From an uncultured Gammaproteobacteria bacterium (lineage in GTDB: Bacteria; Patescibacteriota; Patescibacteriia; JAHIZJ01), in NCBI GenBank assembly GCA_964594455.1, contig CAZQLY010000002.1:3819-67818 (forward strand): DNA of 64,000 nucleotides, in the 5' to 3' direction. Every line of letters begins with the position of its first letter. Position 1 is the first letter of the stretch. Positions 1 through 9,554 of the stretch are shown piece by piece. Below the pieces are notes generated by a model. It ran no database searches and was not told where the DNA came from. It worked only from the letters and a program-made list of their open reading frames with translations. Position numbers and translations under genes: made by a program.

Positions 1-249
1 GCAACAGATGTTCTCTATCTCGATGAAATTGGCCAGATGGAGCTTTTTTCTAAAACCTTTAAAAAACTCGTGCTTAAGTATCTCAACGCTCCAAATTTCT
101 GTCTTGCAACAATTTCAAAAATATACACAAGTGACTTTCTCGAAGAAATTCGTCATCGCGATGATGTTGTTCTCTATGAAGTAACCGAAGAAACCCGAGA
201 TCAGGTTTTAGAAAAAATTACTTCTATTACATCTTCGATACTACAATGA
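1..249 (+). CDS. NTPase, THEP1/NTPase_1 family (5'-truncated by window edge)
   Basis: Frame open from base 1: ATDVLYLDEIGQMELFSKTF matches the family Walker-B DEIGxMEL motif. Confidence 0.75.
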   Translation, partial: ATDVLYLDEIGQMELFSKTFKKLVLKYLNAPNFCLATISKIYTSDFLEEIRHRDDVVLYEVTEETRDQVLEKITSITSSILQ

Positions 250-297
250 CCTCTCAAATTACATCATCTAACACAGCGTACTCAATAATACAAACAA

Positions 298-335
298 AAA
301 AATAACGCGGGGTCCTCTTACCCGCGCTATTTTTA
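298..335. terminator. Bidirectional intrinsic terminator between the NTPase gene and tyrS
   Basis: A-run, CGCGGG/CCCGCG stem, T-run between convergent genes. Confidence 0.6.
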
Positions 336-342
336 TATTGGC

Positions 343-1536
343 TTATTTTATTTTGACAAACTTCCTTTTACCAACCTGAACTACACTGCCAGATTTCAAA
401 TCCAAACCCTTCTGCCAATCAACCGTGGTCTTGTTATCTATCTTAACTGCGCCCTGCTCTATCAAGCGCCTGGCCTCGCTTTTGCTTGACGCCATTTTCG
501 CAAGCACCAAAAACTCAACCAGATTCATACTTTGTTTGGGCGCTGGCACTATGGGCATCTTTTCTGGATTCTTTTTATCGCGAAAAACTCTTTCAAATTC
601 GGTTGCGGCTTTTTTAGCTTTGGCCTGTCCGTGGTAGAGCGAAGTAATTTCAAAAGCTAGTTTGGCCTTAATGTCTCGCGGATTGGCTCCGGAATCCAGT
701 TCTTTTTTGATCTTGTTTAATTCTTGGTTAGGTACCAGCGTGGCTAATTCAAAATAATGAATAATTACGTCATCAGGAATTGACATGGCTTTGCCATACA
801 TATCAGCCGGGGCGTCAGTTAAGCCGATATAATTGCCTAAGCTCTGGCTCATCTTTCTCTTACCGTCTGTTCCAACCAAAAGTTTCATGGTCATCACATC
901 CTGGGGATCCTGACCGTGCTCTTTTTGAAGCGGTCGCGCCTGAAGCTCGTTAAACTTCTGATCGGTGCCAATTACAGTCAGATCTGATTCCAGCCTGACT
1001 GAATCATACGCTTGGAGTATGGGGTAGACTGGCTCGTGGTAGCCGATTTCTTTCTGGGATTTGATTCTTTCTTGGAACATGTCGCGCTCCAGAAGACGGG
1101 AGACTGTAAACTTTGACTGGAGCCTGAGCAGATCCTCAGCCGACATCTTGTCGTACCACTCAGAGTTGCGCCTGATTTCTGTTTTTTTTAAATCCAAAAT
1201 CAAACCGATTTGCTTGATATAGCTCTGAGCTTTGGCTTCGATATCTTTTTTATCACGCAGACTCCTGCTTTTGACCTGGTCTGTAGGATCGCCAAATCGT
1301 CCGGTGAAATCTCCCACCAAAAATATTATAGTGTGCCCTAACTCTTGGAACGCTTTGAGTTTTTGGTAAATTACCGCGTAACCCAAATGAAGATCCTTGG
1401 TTGTGGGATCTACGCCGTGTTTGATTCTCAAAGGCTTTCCAGACAGCAGCTTTTTTTCTAAACTCTGTTTTTGGATAATTTCTTCCACGCCTCTGGTTAA
1501 TAGCTCTGGTGAAATGTGTTTTTTTATTGCCATCAA
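343..1536 (-). CDS. tyrS: Tyrosine--tRNA ligase
   Basis: GVDPTTKDLHLGY, YPILQAYDS, GTDQKFN, KMSQS, C-terminal S4 domain (SKSEARRLIEQGAVKID, VGKRKF). Confidence 0.96.
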   Translation of the reverse strand: MMAIKKHISPELLTRGVEEIIQKQSLEKKLLSGKPLRIKHGVDPTTKDLHLGYAVIYQKLKAFQELGHTIIFLVGDFTGRFGDPTDQVKSRSLRDKKDIEAKAQSYIKQIGLILDLKKTEIRRNSEWYDKMSAEDLLRLQSKFTVSRLLERDMFQERIKSQKEIGYHEPVYPILQAYDSVRLESDLTVIGTDQKFNELQARPLQKEHGQDPQDVMTMKLLVGTDGKRKMSQSLGNYIGLTDAPADMYGKAMSIPDDVIIHYFELATLVPNQELNKIKKELDSGANPRDIKAKLAFEITSLYHGQAKAKKAATEFERVFRDKKNPEKMPIVPAPKQSMNLVEFLVLAKMASSKSEARRLIEQGAVKIDNKTTVDWQKGLDLKSGSVVQVGKRKFVKIK

Positions 1537-1675
1537 TATTTACTAGAACTAATAATTAATTTATTAATACTTAATTGTTAATTTTTAATTGAATTGGTAC
1601 TTATAATTATAGTCTAATTTTGCTATAATGACAAAAGTTGATATATCTATTAAAATGCAATTCTAGGCAATAAAT

Positions 1676-4549
1676 ATGACGTTTTCAGACCCAACCACTC
1701 CTATCAACAGTACGCCTTATCAGAAGACTTGGAAACAGCAACAGGACGACAAAAAGCCGAAAAAAGGTGGCCCCAACAAAAGAAAGATGTGGCGCAATCG
1801 CCTTCTTATTTTATTTCTGATAATATTTTTAGCTGGCGCTATTGGAGTAATCGGACTCTTTGCCTGGTATAGCCGCGACCTGCCTGACCCAGATAAATTA
1901 TTAGATAGAAATTTGGCTCAAAGCACGCGCATTTATGATCGTACAGGTGAAACATTGCTTTATGAAATCCATGGCGACGTTAAAAGAACTATTGTTCAAC
2001 TAGAGGACATTCCTGATTATCTCAAATGGGCAACCATCTCAATTGAAGACAAGCATTTTTACGAGCATTCCGGGTTTGATATCACCGGTTTTATCAGGGC
2101 GGTAGTCATAAATATTGTTTCAGTCGGACAAAGCCGGCCCGGTGGATCCACCATAACCCAGCAATTAGTTAAAAACGCCATCTTAACTAATGAAAAAAAG
2201 ATAACTCGCAAAATTAAAGAGTTGGTGCTTTCTTATCAGATTGAGAAAAAATTTACCAAAGATCAAATTCTTAAATTATATTTCAACGAAATTCCCTATG
2301 GCTCGGTATCATATGGCGTAGAATCAGCGGCTCAAATATATTTTGGAAAAAGCGTTCGTGATGTTAACCTGGCCGAAGCGGCTATTCTCGCCGCCTTGCC
2401 TCAATCTCCGACCTACTATTCTCCTTATGGAAGCCACACTGACATCCTTTTCGGCCGTCAACAGTATATTTTGGATTTGATGGTTGAAGAAGGATACATT
2501 ACCCAAGAGGAGGCTGACGAAGCCAAAAACACTGAAATAACTTTTGAATCACCCAAAGAAAGCATTGTGGCCCCGCACTTTGTTTTTTATGTCAAAGAAC
2601 AACTAACTGAAAAATATGGTGAAAAAATGGTTGAGCAAGGTGGTTTGAAAGTCATTACTTCTTTGGATACTTACAAACAGGAAGCGGCGGAAACTGCGGT
2701 CACAGAAGGCATTGAAAAGGTTAAATCCTACGGCGGGTCAAATGCTTCCTTGGTAGCGGTTGATCCAAAAACCGGTGATATAGTAGCTATGGTCGGGTCG
2801 GTAGATTACTTTGATACTGCCAATGATGGTAATGTAAATGTGGCCATTAGAAATCGACAACCCGGATCGTCTTTTAAGCCCGTGGCTTATGCTACAGCTT
2901 TTGACAAAGGCTATACTCCCGAAACAATGGTATTTGATGTTCAAACCAACTTCGGAGGCAATCCCGCTTATATGCCAAACAACTATGACGGCGTGGAGCA
3001 CGGGCCTGTTTCAATGCGCCAGGCTCTGGCCGGATCATTAAACATACCGGCTGTAAAGACTCTTTATCTGGCCGGCGTTGATGCTACTATTGAGACTGCC
3101 CGTTCCATGGGCTACACCACGATCGATGATCCTGACCGCTACGGCTTGTCCCTAGTGTTGGGCGGCGCCGAAGTTAGGCTGTTAGAGCATGTTGGCGCCT
3201 ATTCAGTTTTTGCCCGAGAAGGTTTACGCCACCCCTTAAACGCCATACTCAGAGTTGAGGACAAAGACGGCAAGGTTTTAGAAGAATTTGAGCCTGAAGA
3301 AAACCGCGTTATGGACGAAGAAGTGGCTAGAAAAATTAATAACGTCTTGTCTGATGATGGCGCCAGAAGCTATGTCTTTGGCCGGGGAAGTAATTTAACT
3401 TTGTCAGACCGCCCAGTTGCAGCTAAAACCGGCACCACAAACGACTACCGTGACGCCTGGACCATAGGATACACCCCATCGCTAGTAGCCGGTGTCTGGG
3501 TAGGTAATAACGACAATACTCAGATGAAGGGTGGGGCGGCTGGTTCTGTAGTAGCAGCTCCAATTTGGCATAATTTCATGGAATCTTTATTGGTTGGCAC
3601 TCCGGTTGAAACATTTAAGGCTCCAAAGACAGACATCGTGGACAAGATGATGTTAAATGGCCAAATCGATAATGTATTCCATGTAAAGGTTGACTCATTG
3701 ACTCAGAGAGCTATACCGGACGCGTGTTTAGACACCTATCCGGAAGAATTCTTGGTTGATAAAACATTCAAGGAAGCTCATACAATATTGTATTACGTAC
3801 AAAAAAACTCACCTAGAGACGACGCGCCTGCTAGCCCGTCTGCCGATCCTCAGTATCAAAGCTGGGAAGATGCGGTTCAACTCTGGGCCAGTGGCCAGCC
3901 AAACTACATCACACCATCTAACCCGTTAAAATACGAGAGTTGTGAACTACGGGACGACGACAACTCAAGCAGTTCAAAATCAGCCAGCCTAACCGCACCT
4001 GACGACAACGAAGTAATTACTACCTCCCCCCTAGAGATAAGAGCGAAGATTAGTTCTGGGTTTGATTTAGACAGGATCGAAATCTACCTTGATGACGATT
4101 TGATACAAACCATTACCGAAAAACCCTACTCGTATGATTATGACCTTTCTAATACTGACAATGGTTTTTATACGGTAAAAGTCTTATTCTATGAAACCGA
4201 CGGTTCGGTTATTCAACAATCAAAAAACATTAACGTCCTGCTGACTCAAGAATCCTCCAGCTACTATTTAACACAGCCCTCCGAACAAATAACGCTGGAA
4301 GAAGCCGACTTCCCCTATACAATAAAAGGTATTGCCTATCATCCTGATGGGGCAGAATCCGCTTCCGTTTATTACCAAAATGGTTCTTCAAAATTGATTA
4401 AAAAAACAACTGATTTTGATCTTAATCAGTTTGAAGTAACCTGGACCTCTGCGCCTGATACTGGCACTTATGAATTGTATTTCACTTTCGACACTGAGTC
4501 GGGTCAAACTATAGAAAGCGACCCGATTGAGATAACCATATCCGACTAG
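1676..4549 (+). CDS. Class A penicillin-binding protein (PBP1A family) with C-terminal Ig-like domains
   Basis: TM anchor; glycosyltransferase motifs EDKHFYEHSGFD and GGSTITQQLVKN; transpeptidase SSFK, SLN, KTG; beta-rich C-terminus. Confidence 0.93.
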   Translation: MTFSDPTTPINSTPYQKTWKQQQDDKKPKKGGPNKRKMWRNRLLILFLIIFLAGAIGVIGLFAWYSRDLPDPDKLLDRNLAQSTRIYDRTGETLLYEIHGDVKRTIVQLEDIPDYLKWATISIEDKHFYEHSGFDITGFIRAVVINIVSVGQSRPGGSTITQQLVKNAILTNEKKITRKIKELVLSYQIEKKFTKDQILKLYFNEIPYGSVSYGVESAAQIYFGKSVRDVNLAEAAILAALPQSPTYYSPYGSHTDILFGRQQYILDLMVEEGYITQEEADEAKNTEITFESPKESIVAPHFVFYVKEQLTEKYGEKMVEQGGLKVITSLDTYKQEAAETAVTEGIEKVKSYGGSNASLVAVDPKTGDIVAMVGSVDYFDTANDGNVNVAIRNRQPGSSFKPVAYATAFDKGYTPETMVFDVQTNFGGNPAYMPNNYDGVEHGPVSMRQALAGSLNIPAVKTLYLAGVDATIETARSMGYTTIDDPDRYGLSLVLGGAEVRLLEHVGAYSVFAREGLRHPLNAILRVEDKDGKVLEEFEPEENRVMDEEVARKINNVLSDDGARSYVFGRGSNLTLSDRPVAAKTGTTNDYRDAWTIGYTPSLVAGVWVGNNDNTQMKGGAAGSVVAAPIWHNFMESLLVGTPVETFKAPKTDIVDKMMLNGQIDNVFHVKVDSLTQRAIPDACLDTYPEEFLVDKTFKEAHTILYYVQKNSPRDDAPASPSADPQYQSWEDAVQLWASGQPNYITPSNPLKYESCELRDDDNSSSSKSASLTAPDDNEVITTSPLEIRAKISSGFDLDRIEIYLDDDLIQTITEKPYSYDYDLSNTDNGFYTVKVLFYETDGSVIQQSKNINVLLTQESSSYYLTQPSEQITLEEADFPYTIKGIAYHPDGAESASVYYQNGSSKLIKKTTDFDLNQFEVTWTSAPDTGTYELYFTFDTESGQTIESDPIEITISD

Positions 4550-4830
4550 ACCTCGAAGCTTATCTTGGTCACGGTATTCTTCCCAAACTCTTTGTTTATC
4601 TCTTGGATAATCCTGTGTTGTTGCAGGCGTATTTCGTTAGCCAGAACCGAACTTAACACTGCTATCACCAACTGTCCGTTTTTCACATACAAAGGCTTGG
4701 CCTTGTTTTTTATTTTGTCACCCCAACGCTTTGCCAATAACTGAACCACAAACTCCAAAATACGCGTGGCATCTATCTGCTTAGTAATATTTGCCCTCTG
4801 CAGGGCTGAATATAGCAGTTTTCGATCCAC
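4546..4830 (-). CDS. dciA: DUF721/DciA-like helicase loader
   Basis: LVIAVLSSVLANEIRLQQHRIIQEIN pattern; directly downstream of dnaN. Confidence 0.7.
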   Translation of the reverse strand: MDRKLLYSALQRANITKQIDATRILEFVVQLLAKRWGDKIKNKAKPLYVKNGQLVIAVLSSVLANEIRLQQHRIIQEINKEFGKNTVTKISFEV

Positions 4831-4834
4831 ACCC

Positions 4835-5938
4835 CTATTGTTTAATAGGCATTATTATATAAAGAAAACCATCGCTTTTTTTTGAGGTCAGGGTTCCTGG
4901 ATTTGCTCCATCAATCAGTGACAGGGTGGCTTCCGGGGAATCTAAATTAGTCAATCCGTCCAGCAAGTACCGATGGTTAAATACTATTTCGTTTGGCTCA
5001 CCAGCCACATCAGCTTCAAGCTCAGTCGTGCTTTCACCCAGCTGGGTATTAGCTGAAGAAACCATTAGTTTCTTGCTAGCTTGGTCAATTTTTAAACTTA
5101 CATCATTTATTCCTGTTTTTGAAAACAGCGCGGCACTTTTAACGGCTTTGACCAAGCCTTCTCGTGAAAAACTAGCGGTGGTTTTATAATCCTGAGGGAT
5201 TATCTGCTTATAATCAGGGTACTGTCCCTCGATCACTCTCGATACTAATTCGACGCCCTCACAGACAAACAAGATCTGATTGTCGCTTAAATACATATCG
5301 ACCTGATTTACCTCATCGTTCATAATCCTAGATAACTCAAGAATGGTTCTGGTCGGAACAACCACCTCGGTTTTTTCTTTGTTGGGCTTAATTAACTTCA
5401 TACTTCTTTCGGCCAGTCTATAACTATCTGTGGCCACCACCGTAACATCGCCATCGGAAATAGTAACAAAAACGCCGCTGATTTCTGGTCTAGATTCATC
5501 TTGAGCCACAGCGTAAACAACCTGACTAAGAGCCTTTTTTAAGTCTTTGGTTTTTAGAGAATACGGGGTTTTTTGCTCCACAGTCGGAATCAGAGGAAAT
5601 TCTTCAGCACCCTGGCCTTTAATCGTTGTCCGGGCGTTTTGACTAGTAACCGACAAGGTGTTTTCTTTGGCTGAGAGCTCCAGTTTTTCGTCGGTCAGTA
5701 GGCCAACATAATCGGCAAAGGTTTTTGCTGGTACGGTTAGCTTACCCTCTTCTTCAACCCGTCCGCGAATTATAGTATTCACCCCCATTTCCAAATTTGT
5801 GGCGGAAAGCTTAACAACATTTTTCTCGCAGGAAATTAAAACATTGTTGAGTATCGGCAAAGAAACATTTTTACTAGCCAAGTGACTAACTTGGATTAAA
5901 CCTTTGTTTAAGTTTTCCTGAAGGCAAGAGAATTTCAT
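4835..5938 (-). CDS. dnaN: DNA polymerase III beta sliding clamp
   Basis: LPILNNVLI, ATNLEMG, VATDSYRLAE, YPDYKQIIP, YIIMPIK; downstream of dnaA. Confidence 0.97.
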   Translation of the reverse strand: MKFSCLQENLNKGLIQVSHLASKNVSLPILNNVLISCEKNVVKLSATNLEMGVNTIIRGRVEEEGKLTVPAKTFADYVGLLTDEKLELSAKENTLSVTSQNARTTIKGQGAEEFPLIPTVEQKTPYSLKTKDLKKALSQVVYAVAQDESRPEISGVFVTISDGDVTVVATDSYRLAERSMKLIKPNKEKTEVVVPTRTILELSRIMNDEVNQVDMYLSDNQILFVCEGVELVSRVIEGQYPDYKQIIPQDYKTTASFSREGLVKAVKSAALFSKTGINDVSLKIDQASKKLMVSSANTQLGESTTELEADVAGEPNEIVFNHRYLLDGLTNLDSPEATLSLIDGANPGTLTSKKSDGFLYIIMPIKQ

Positions 5939-6182
5939 AATAGTATTATATAAATATTATTTAATTACTTTGTTATTGTTGTTAGTCGGTGGATAAGGTT
6001 ATTACCCGTTGAACATTGTCAATTAATTTGGTGGTGAAGTCTACCAAAAACGTGTTTATAATATCAGGACAACATGTTTAGTTAATCTGGAACAATAGTG
6101 GGAAAGATTTTGGACAACTTTTTTAATATGCACAGAGAGACAAAATAGACACACAGAAACCCCACCAGCAGTACACAGTTTA
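5939..6182. other. oriC: oriC unwinding region (dnaA-dnaN intergenic)
   Basis: Minus-strand DnaA box TTATCCACC (5988-5996) followed by trio-like TAA CAA CAA TAA CAA and an AT-rich tract abutting dnaN; further degenerate boxes near 6109-6134. Confidence 0.75.
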
Positions 6183-7568
6183 TTAAGTGTTATACAACCT
6201 CTGTTTAATAAGATTTATGTCTTGCTGTAATTTATCGTTGGTGTTGTTCTCGTTTTTTATCTTGGTGTGAGCGTGCATAGCGGTGGTGTGATCGCGTCCA
6301 CCCAACTCTTGCCCAATAAGAGGATAAGAACACCCCAGCTCTTCTCTCAGCAAGAACATAATAATTTGACGCGGCACAACTAATTCTTTTTTTCTGCTTG
6401 ATCCGATAATATCTTCTATTTTTACGTCATAGAACTCTGCTACCATTGAAAGGACTTGCTTAGGCACCAGAGCGTTTTTCTTCGGTCGGGTAGTAATGTT
6501 GGAAAGCAGTGATTTGGTTGATTCGATTGTAGGGGTGGTATGATTTAGCTCATGATAGGCCAAAATGCGGTTTAGAGCGCCTTCAAGCTCACGGACGTTG
6601 TTTTGGACGGTATTAGCAATATAATGCAGTATTCCCTTGTCTAAAACACAGTCCTTTACTCGACACTTAGTTTCTAAAATAGCCAATCTGGTTTCAAAAT
6701 CAGGTTGAGATATATCTACTATCATTCCCCACTCAAACCTTGAAATCAGCCTATTTTCCAAAGCTGGAATGGCTTTTGGTGGACGGTCTGAGCTAATCAC
6801 AATTTGTTTGTTAGCGTGATGAAGATGATTGAAAGTATGAAAAAACTCTTCTTGAGTACCTTCCTTGCCAGCCAAAAATTGGATATCGTCAATCAATAAT
6901 ACGTCGGTGCTACGATACCTATTTTTGAAATCAGATCCGATTCCCCGGCTAACCGACTGAACAAACTCACTAGTAAATTTCTCACAAGTGACGTAGGTTA
7001 TTTTTTTGTTCTGATCATGCGATAAAATCTCATTGCCAATAGCTTGCATCAAATGTGTTTTTCCCAAGCCTACCCCGCCATAAATAAACAACGGGTTATA
7101 GACTAACCCGAGCTTGTTGGCTACGGCCACGGCAGCAGCCTTGGCGAGTTCATTCCCCTTTCCGACAACAAAATTTTTAAATGTATAGCGGGGGTTTAAA
7201 TTAAATTTATTGTAATTGTCATTGTCGGTTGTTTCGTTTTTCTTTTCAGGTGTTGTTAATTCAGAATCAGCCTTGGTGGGATCAGGCTGTGGTGTTTTTA
7301 ATTCCCGCGTTATGTAAGTACGAGGGCTTTCAATTTTGTAGATGACCTCTATTTTTTGTTTGCTGGTTTGTTTTTGTAAAACCTTGAGGATGTCAGTGTG
7401 ATATTTGTTCTCAAACCAGGTTTTTGTAAAAGCGTTTGGTACGGCAATAACAATTTTCTCATCTTCAAAAGAAGCAATAAAAGTATTTTTGAACCAGGTA
7501 GTAAAGTTTGCCTTACTCAGCGTGAGCTCTAATTCACCTAAAACAGATTCCCATAATTGATCGTGCAT
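6183..7568 (-). CDS. dnaA: Chromosomal replication initiator DnaA
   Basis: NPLFIYGGVGLGKTHL, LLIDDIQF, NVRELEGAL, GGRDHTTAMHA; start taken at ATG 7568 (MHDQLW). Confidence 0.98.
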   Translation of the reverse strand: MHDQLWESVLGELELTLSKANFTTWFKNTFIASFEDEKIVIAVPNAFTKTWFENKYHTDILKVLQKQTSKQKIEVIYKIESPRTYITRELKTPQPDPTKADSELTTPEKKNETTDNDNYNKFNLNPRYTFKNFVVGKGNELAKAAAVAVANKLGLVYNPLFIYGGVGLGKTHLMQAIGNEILSHDQNKKITYVTCEKFTSEFVQSVSRGIGSDFKNRYRSTDVLLIDDIQFLAGKEGTQEEFFHTFNHLHHANKQIVISSDRPPKAIPALENRLISRFEWGMIVDISQPDFETRLAILETKCRVKDCVLDKGILHYIANTVQNNVRELEGALNRILAYHELNHTTPTIESTKSLLSNITTRPKKNALVPKQVLSMVAEFYDVKIEDIIGSSRKKELVVPRQIIMFLLREELGCSYPLIGQELGGRDHTTAMHAHTKIKNENNTNDKLQQDINLIKQRLYNT

Positions 7569-7657
7569 TTTTATTGAGATAAAAAAATAAAACCAAAAGC
7601 TCACTACTGACTATACCATAATTCAGTATTCAAAAAAACCAACCCAGAACGGTCAAC

Positions 7658-7688
7658 TGTTCATAATCTGTGGACGTTGTGTGGAAAT
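7658..7688 (+). promoter_or_regulatory. Three degenerate DnaA-box-like 9-mers upstream of dnaA
   Basis: TGTTCATAA 7658, TGTGGACGT 7669, TGTGGAAAT 7680 at 11-bp periodicity (consensus TGTGGATAA). Confidence 0.45.
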
Positions 7689-7754
7689 CCATGGTCGGTT
7701 TTACGGTAATTGACCGACTGGTCCAATCCTGGTAGAATTCATGAAGAGAAAAAT

Positions 7755-7892
7755 ATGCCTAAAAGAACATACCAACCAAAAAAGAGGAAGCGACAAAAGA
7801 CACATGGCTTCCGAAAGAGAATGAAGACTCCTACTGGCCGTCGTGTTCTCCGCCGCCGCCGACAGAAAAACAGAAAAAGGCTTGTAGTCTAA
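7755..7892 (+). CDS. rpmH: 50S ribosomal protein L34
   Basis: [23 protein letters not shown]; synteny with dnaA and rnpA. Confidence 0.97.
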   Translation: MPKRTYQPKKRKRQKTHGFRKRMKTPTGRRVLRRRRQKNRKRLVV

Positions 7893-7907
7893 AGATAAGC
7901 ATTTTTT

Positions 7908-8249
7908 ATGTTGCCTCAGGCAAACCGTCTAGTCAGAGAAAAAGACTTCGCTCGGGTCTATCGTAAGGGCGTAACTTTTTTTTCTAGAACTGTAGTCTTG
8001 CGAGTTATGCCAAACGGTCGGAAAATTTCACGATATGGATTTGTTGTTTCCAAGAAAATCACTAAAAAAGCCACTGAACGTAATAAGATTAAAAGATCTT
8101 TAAGAGAGAACATTAGGCTAAAATTAGGTAAATTACTACCAGGTTACGATTGTGTATTAATGCCTAAAAAAACATATTTTTTTGCTAATAATAGCGAAAA
8201 AACCAAAGATATTGACAATGTTATAAAAAAAGCGAAATTATATAAATAA
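7908..8249 (+). CDS. rnpA: Ribonuclease P protein component
   Basis: GFVVSKK..ATERNKIKR (RNR-like motif); synteny. Confidence 0.93.
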   Translation: MLPQANRLVREKDFARVYRKGVTFFSRTVVLRVMPNGRKISRYGFVVSKKITKKATERNKIKRSLRENIRLKLGKLLPGYDCVLMPKKTYFFANNSEKTKDIDNVIKKAKLYK

Positions 8250-8495
8250 ATGCTTACATTAGCAAAAAAAACAATATTATTAATAATAAGGATTTATCAA
8301 AAAAGCCTATCTCCTGATCATGGCTGGCTGGCAAATAACCATGAACACGGTTTTTGTAAGTATTATCCAACCTGTTCAGATTATACTTACCAGGCCATTT
8401 CTAAATACGGAATCTGGCGTGGTAGCTGGAAGGGTTTGAGCCGAGTAGTGCGTTGCAACCCCTTTTCTAAAGGCGGAATTGATAATGTAAAGTAA
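8250..8495 (+). CDS. yidD: Membrane protein insertion efficiency factor YidD
   Basis: CKYYPTCSDY, RCNPFSKGG. Confidence 0.93.
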   Translation: MLTLAKKTILLIIRIYQKSLSPDHGWLANNHEHGFCKYYPTCSDYTYQAISKYGIWRGSWKGLSRVVRCNPFSKGGIDNVK

Positions 8496-8500
8496 AAAAA

Positions 8501-9283
8501 ATGATTGTTGACTTATTTAACACAGTACTGTTTGAACCAATCTTTAACTTATTGATGTTGGTGTACCATTATGTACCACCGCACGACCTGGGTGTTTCCA
8601 TAATATTGGTTACTTTTATTCTCAAGCTGTTACTATTTTTCCCTTCCTGGTCTTCGATTAAATCACAGCAGGCCATGCAGGAAATCCAACCTAAGCTTGA
8701 TGCGCTTAAAAAGAAATACGAAAACAACCGGGAAGAGCTCAGTCGCCAGATGCTTAAGTTTTATCGGGAGAATAAAATCAGCCCGATGTCATCGTGTTTG
8801 CCGATACTTATCCAGTTCCCTATTTTGTTAGCTTTGTTTAGAGTGTTTATTGCGGTTTCCAGCACAGATCCGGATACAGGTATTCTAGTCACAGAACAAT
8901 TAGACCATTTGTATGGATCATTTAGAGATATATATGCCAGCACGCCGATTGATTCAACTCTTTTTGGTTTTGTGGACCTGGCTCAGACAAAGAATTACTT
9001 TTTAGCTGGTTTAGCGGCGGTGCTCCAGTTCTGGTCTTCTAGGATGATGATGGGTAGCATGAAACAAAAGTCAGGACAGAAGAATATGGCCCAGGCTATG
9101 AGTAAGCAGATGATCTATTTAATGCCGGCCATGACTTTTATATTCGGCATAAGTTTTCCGGCCGGCCTAACTTTATATTGGGCGGCCTCAACTCTGTTTC
9201 AGATAGCCCAACAGCGAATTTTTATTAGAAAAAAAGAAAGCCTTAAATTGAAAGATGGCACTCAGCCACAAACAGATAATTAA
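8501..9283 (+). CDS. yidC: Membrane protein insertase YidC (short form)
   Basis: MQEIQPKL, SCLPILIQFPIL, PAGLTLYWAAS. Confidence 0.95.
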   Translation: MIVDLFNTVLFEPIFNLLMLVYHYVPPHDLGVSIILVTFILKLLLFFPSWSSIKSQQAMQEIQPKLDALKKKYENNREELSRQMLKFYRENKISPMSSCLPILIQFPILLALFRVFIAVSSTDPDTGILVTEQLDHLYGSFRDIYASTPIDSTLFGFVDLAQTKNYFLAGLAAVLQFWSSRMMMGSMKQKSGQKNMAQAMSKQMIYLMPAMTFIFGISFPAGLTLYWAASTLFQIAQQRIFIRKKESLKLKDGTQPQTDN

Positions 9284-9548
9284 CTTGCCTGTTTTTACAA
9301 ACACAGAAACTCGCCTGGGTTCGGTGAGCAGTTTTGAAATAGACGAGCTAGAGCAGAGAATAGTGCGCTATCACATAAAACCCAATCAAGGTGTAGCCAG
9401 CATGTTTGGTTCAGAGCTGATAGTTTCTCACAAACAAGTAATAAGCCTGACCAAAGAAAAAATGATTGTTGATGATTTAGCTATTAAACAAGAGGCAAAA
9501 GAAAAGGCGCGTTTAGTTTCGAAAAGAGCGTTACCAGCAGGAAATTAA
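9255..9548 (+). CDS. PRC-barrel domain protein
   Basis: IINLPVFT..LGSVSSFEID..IVRY pattern typical of PRC barrels. Confidence 0.6.
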   Translation: MALSHKQIINLPVFTNTETRLGSVSSFEIDELEQRIVRYHIKPNQGVASMFGSELIVSHKQVISLTKEKMIVDDLAIKQEAKEKARLVSKRALPAGN

Positions 9549-9554
9549 GTCAAC

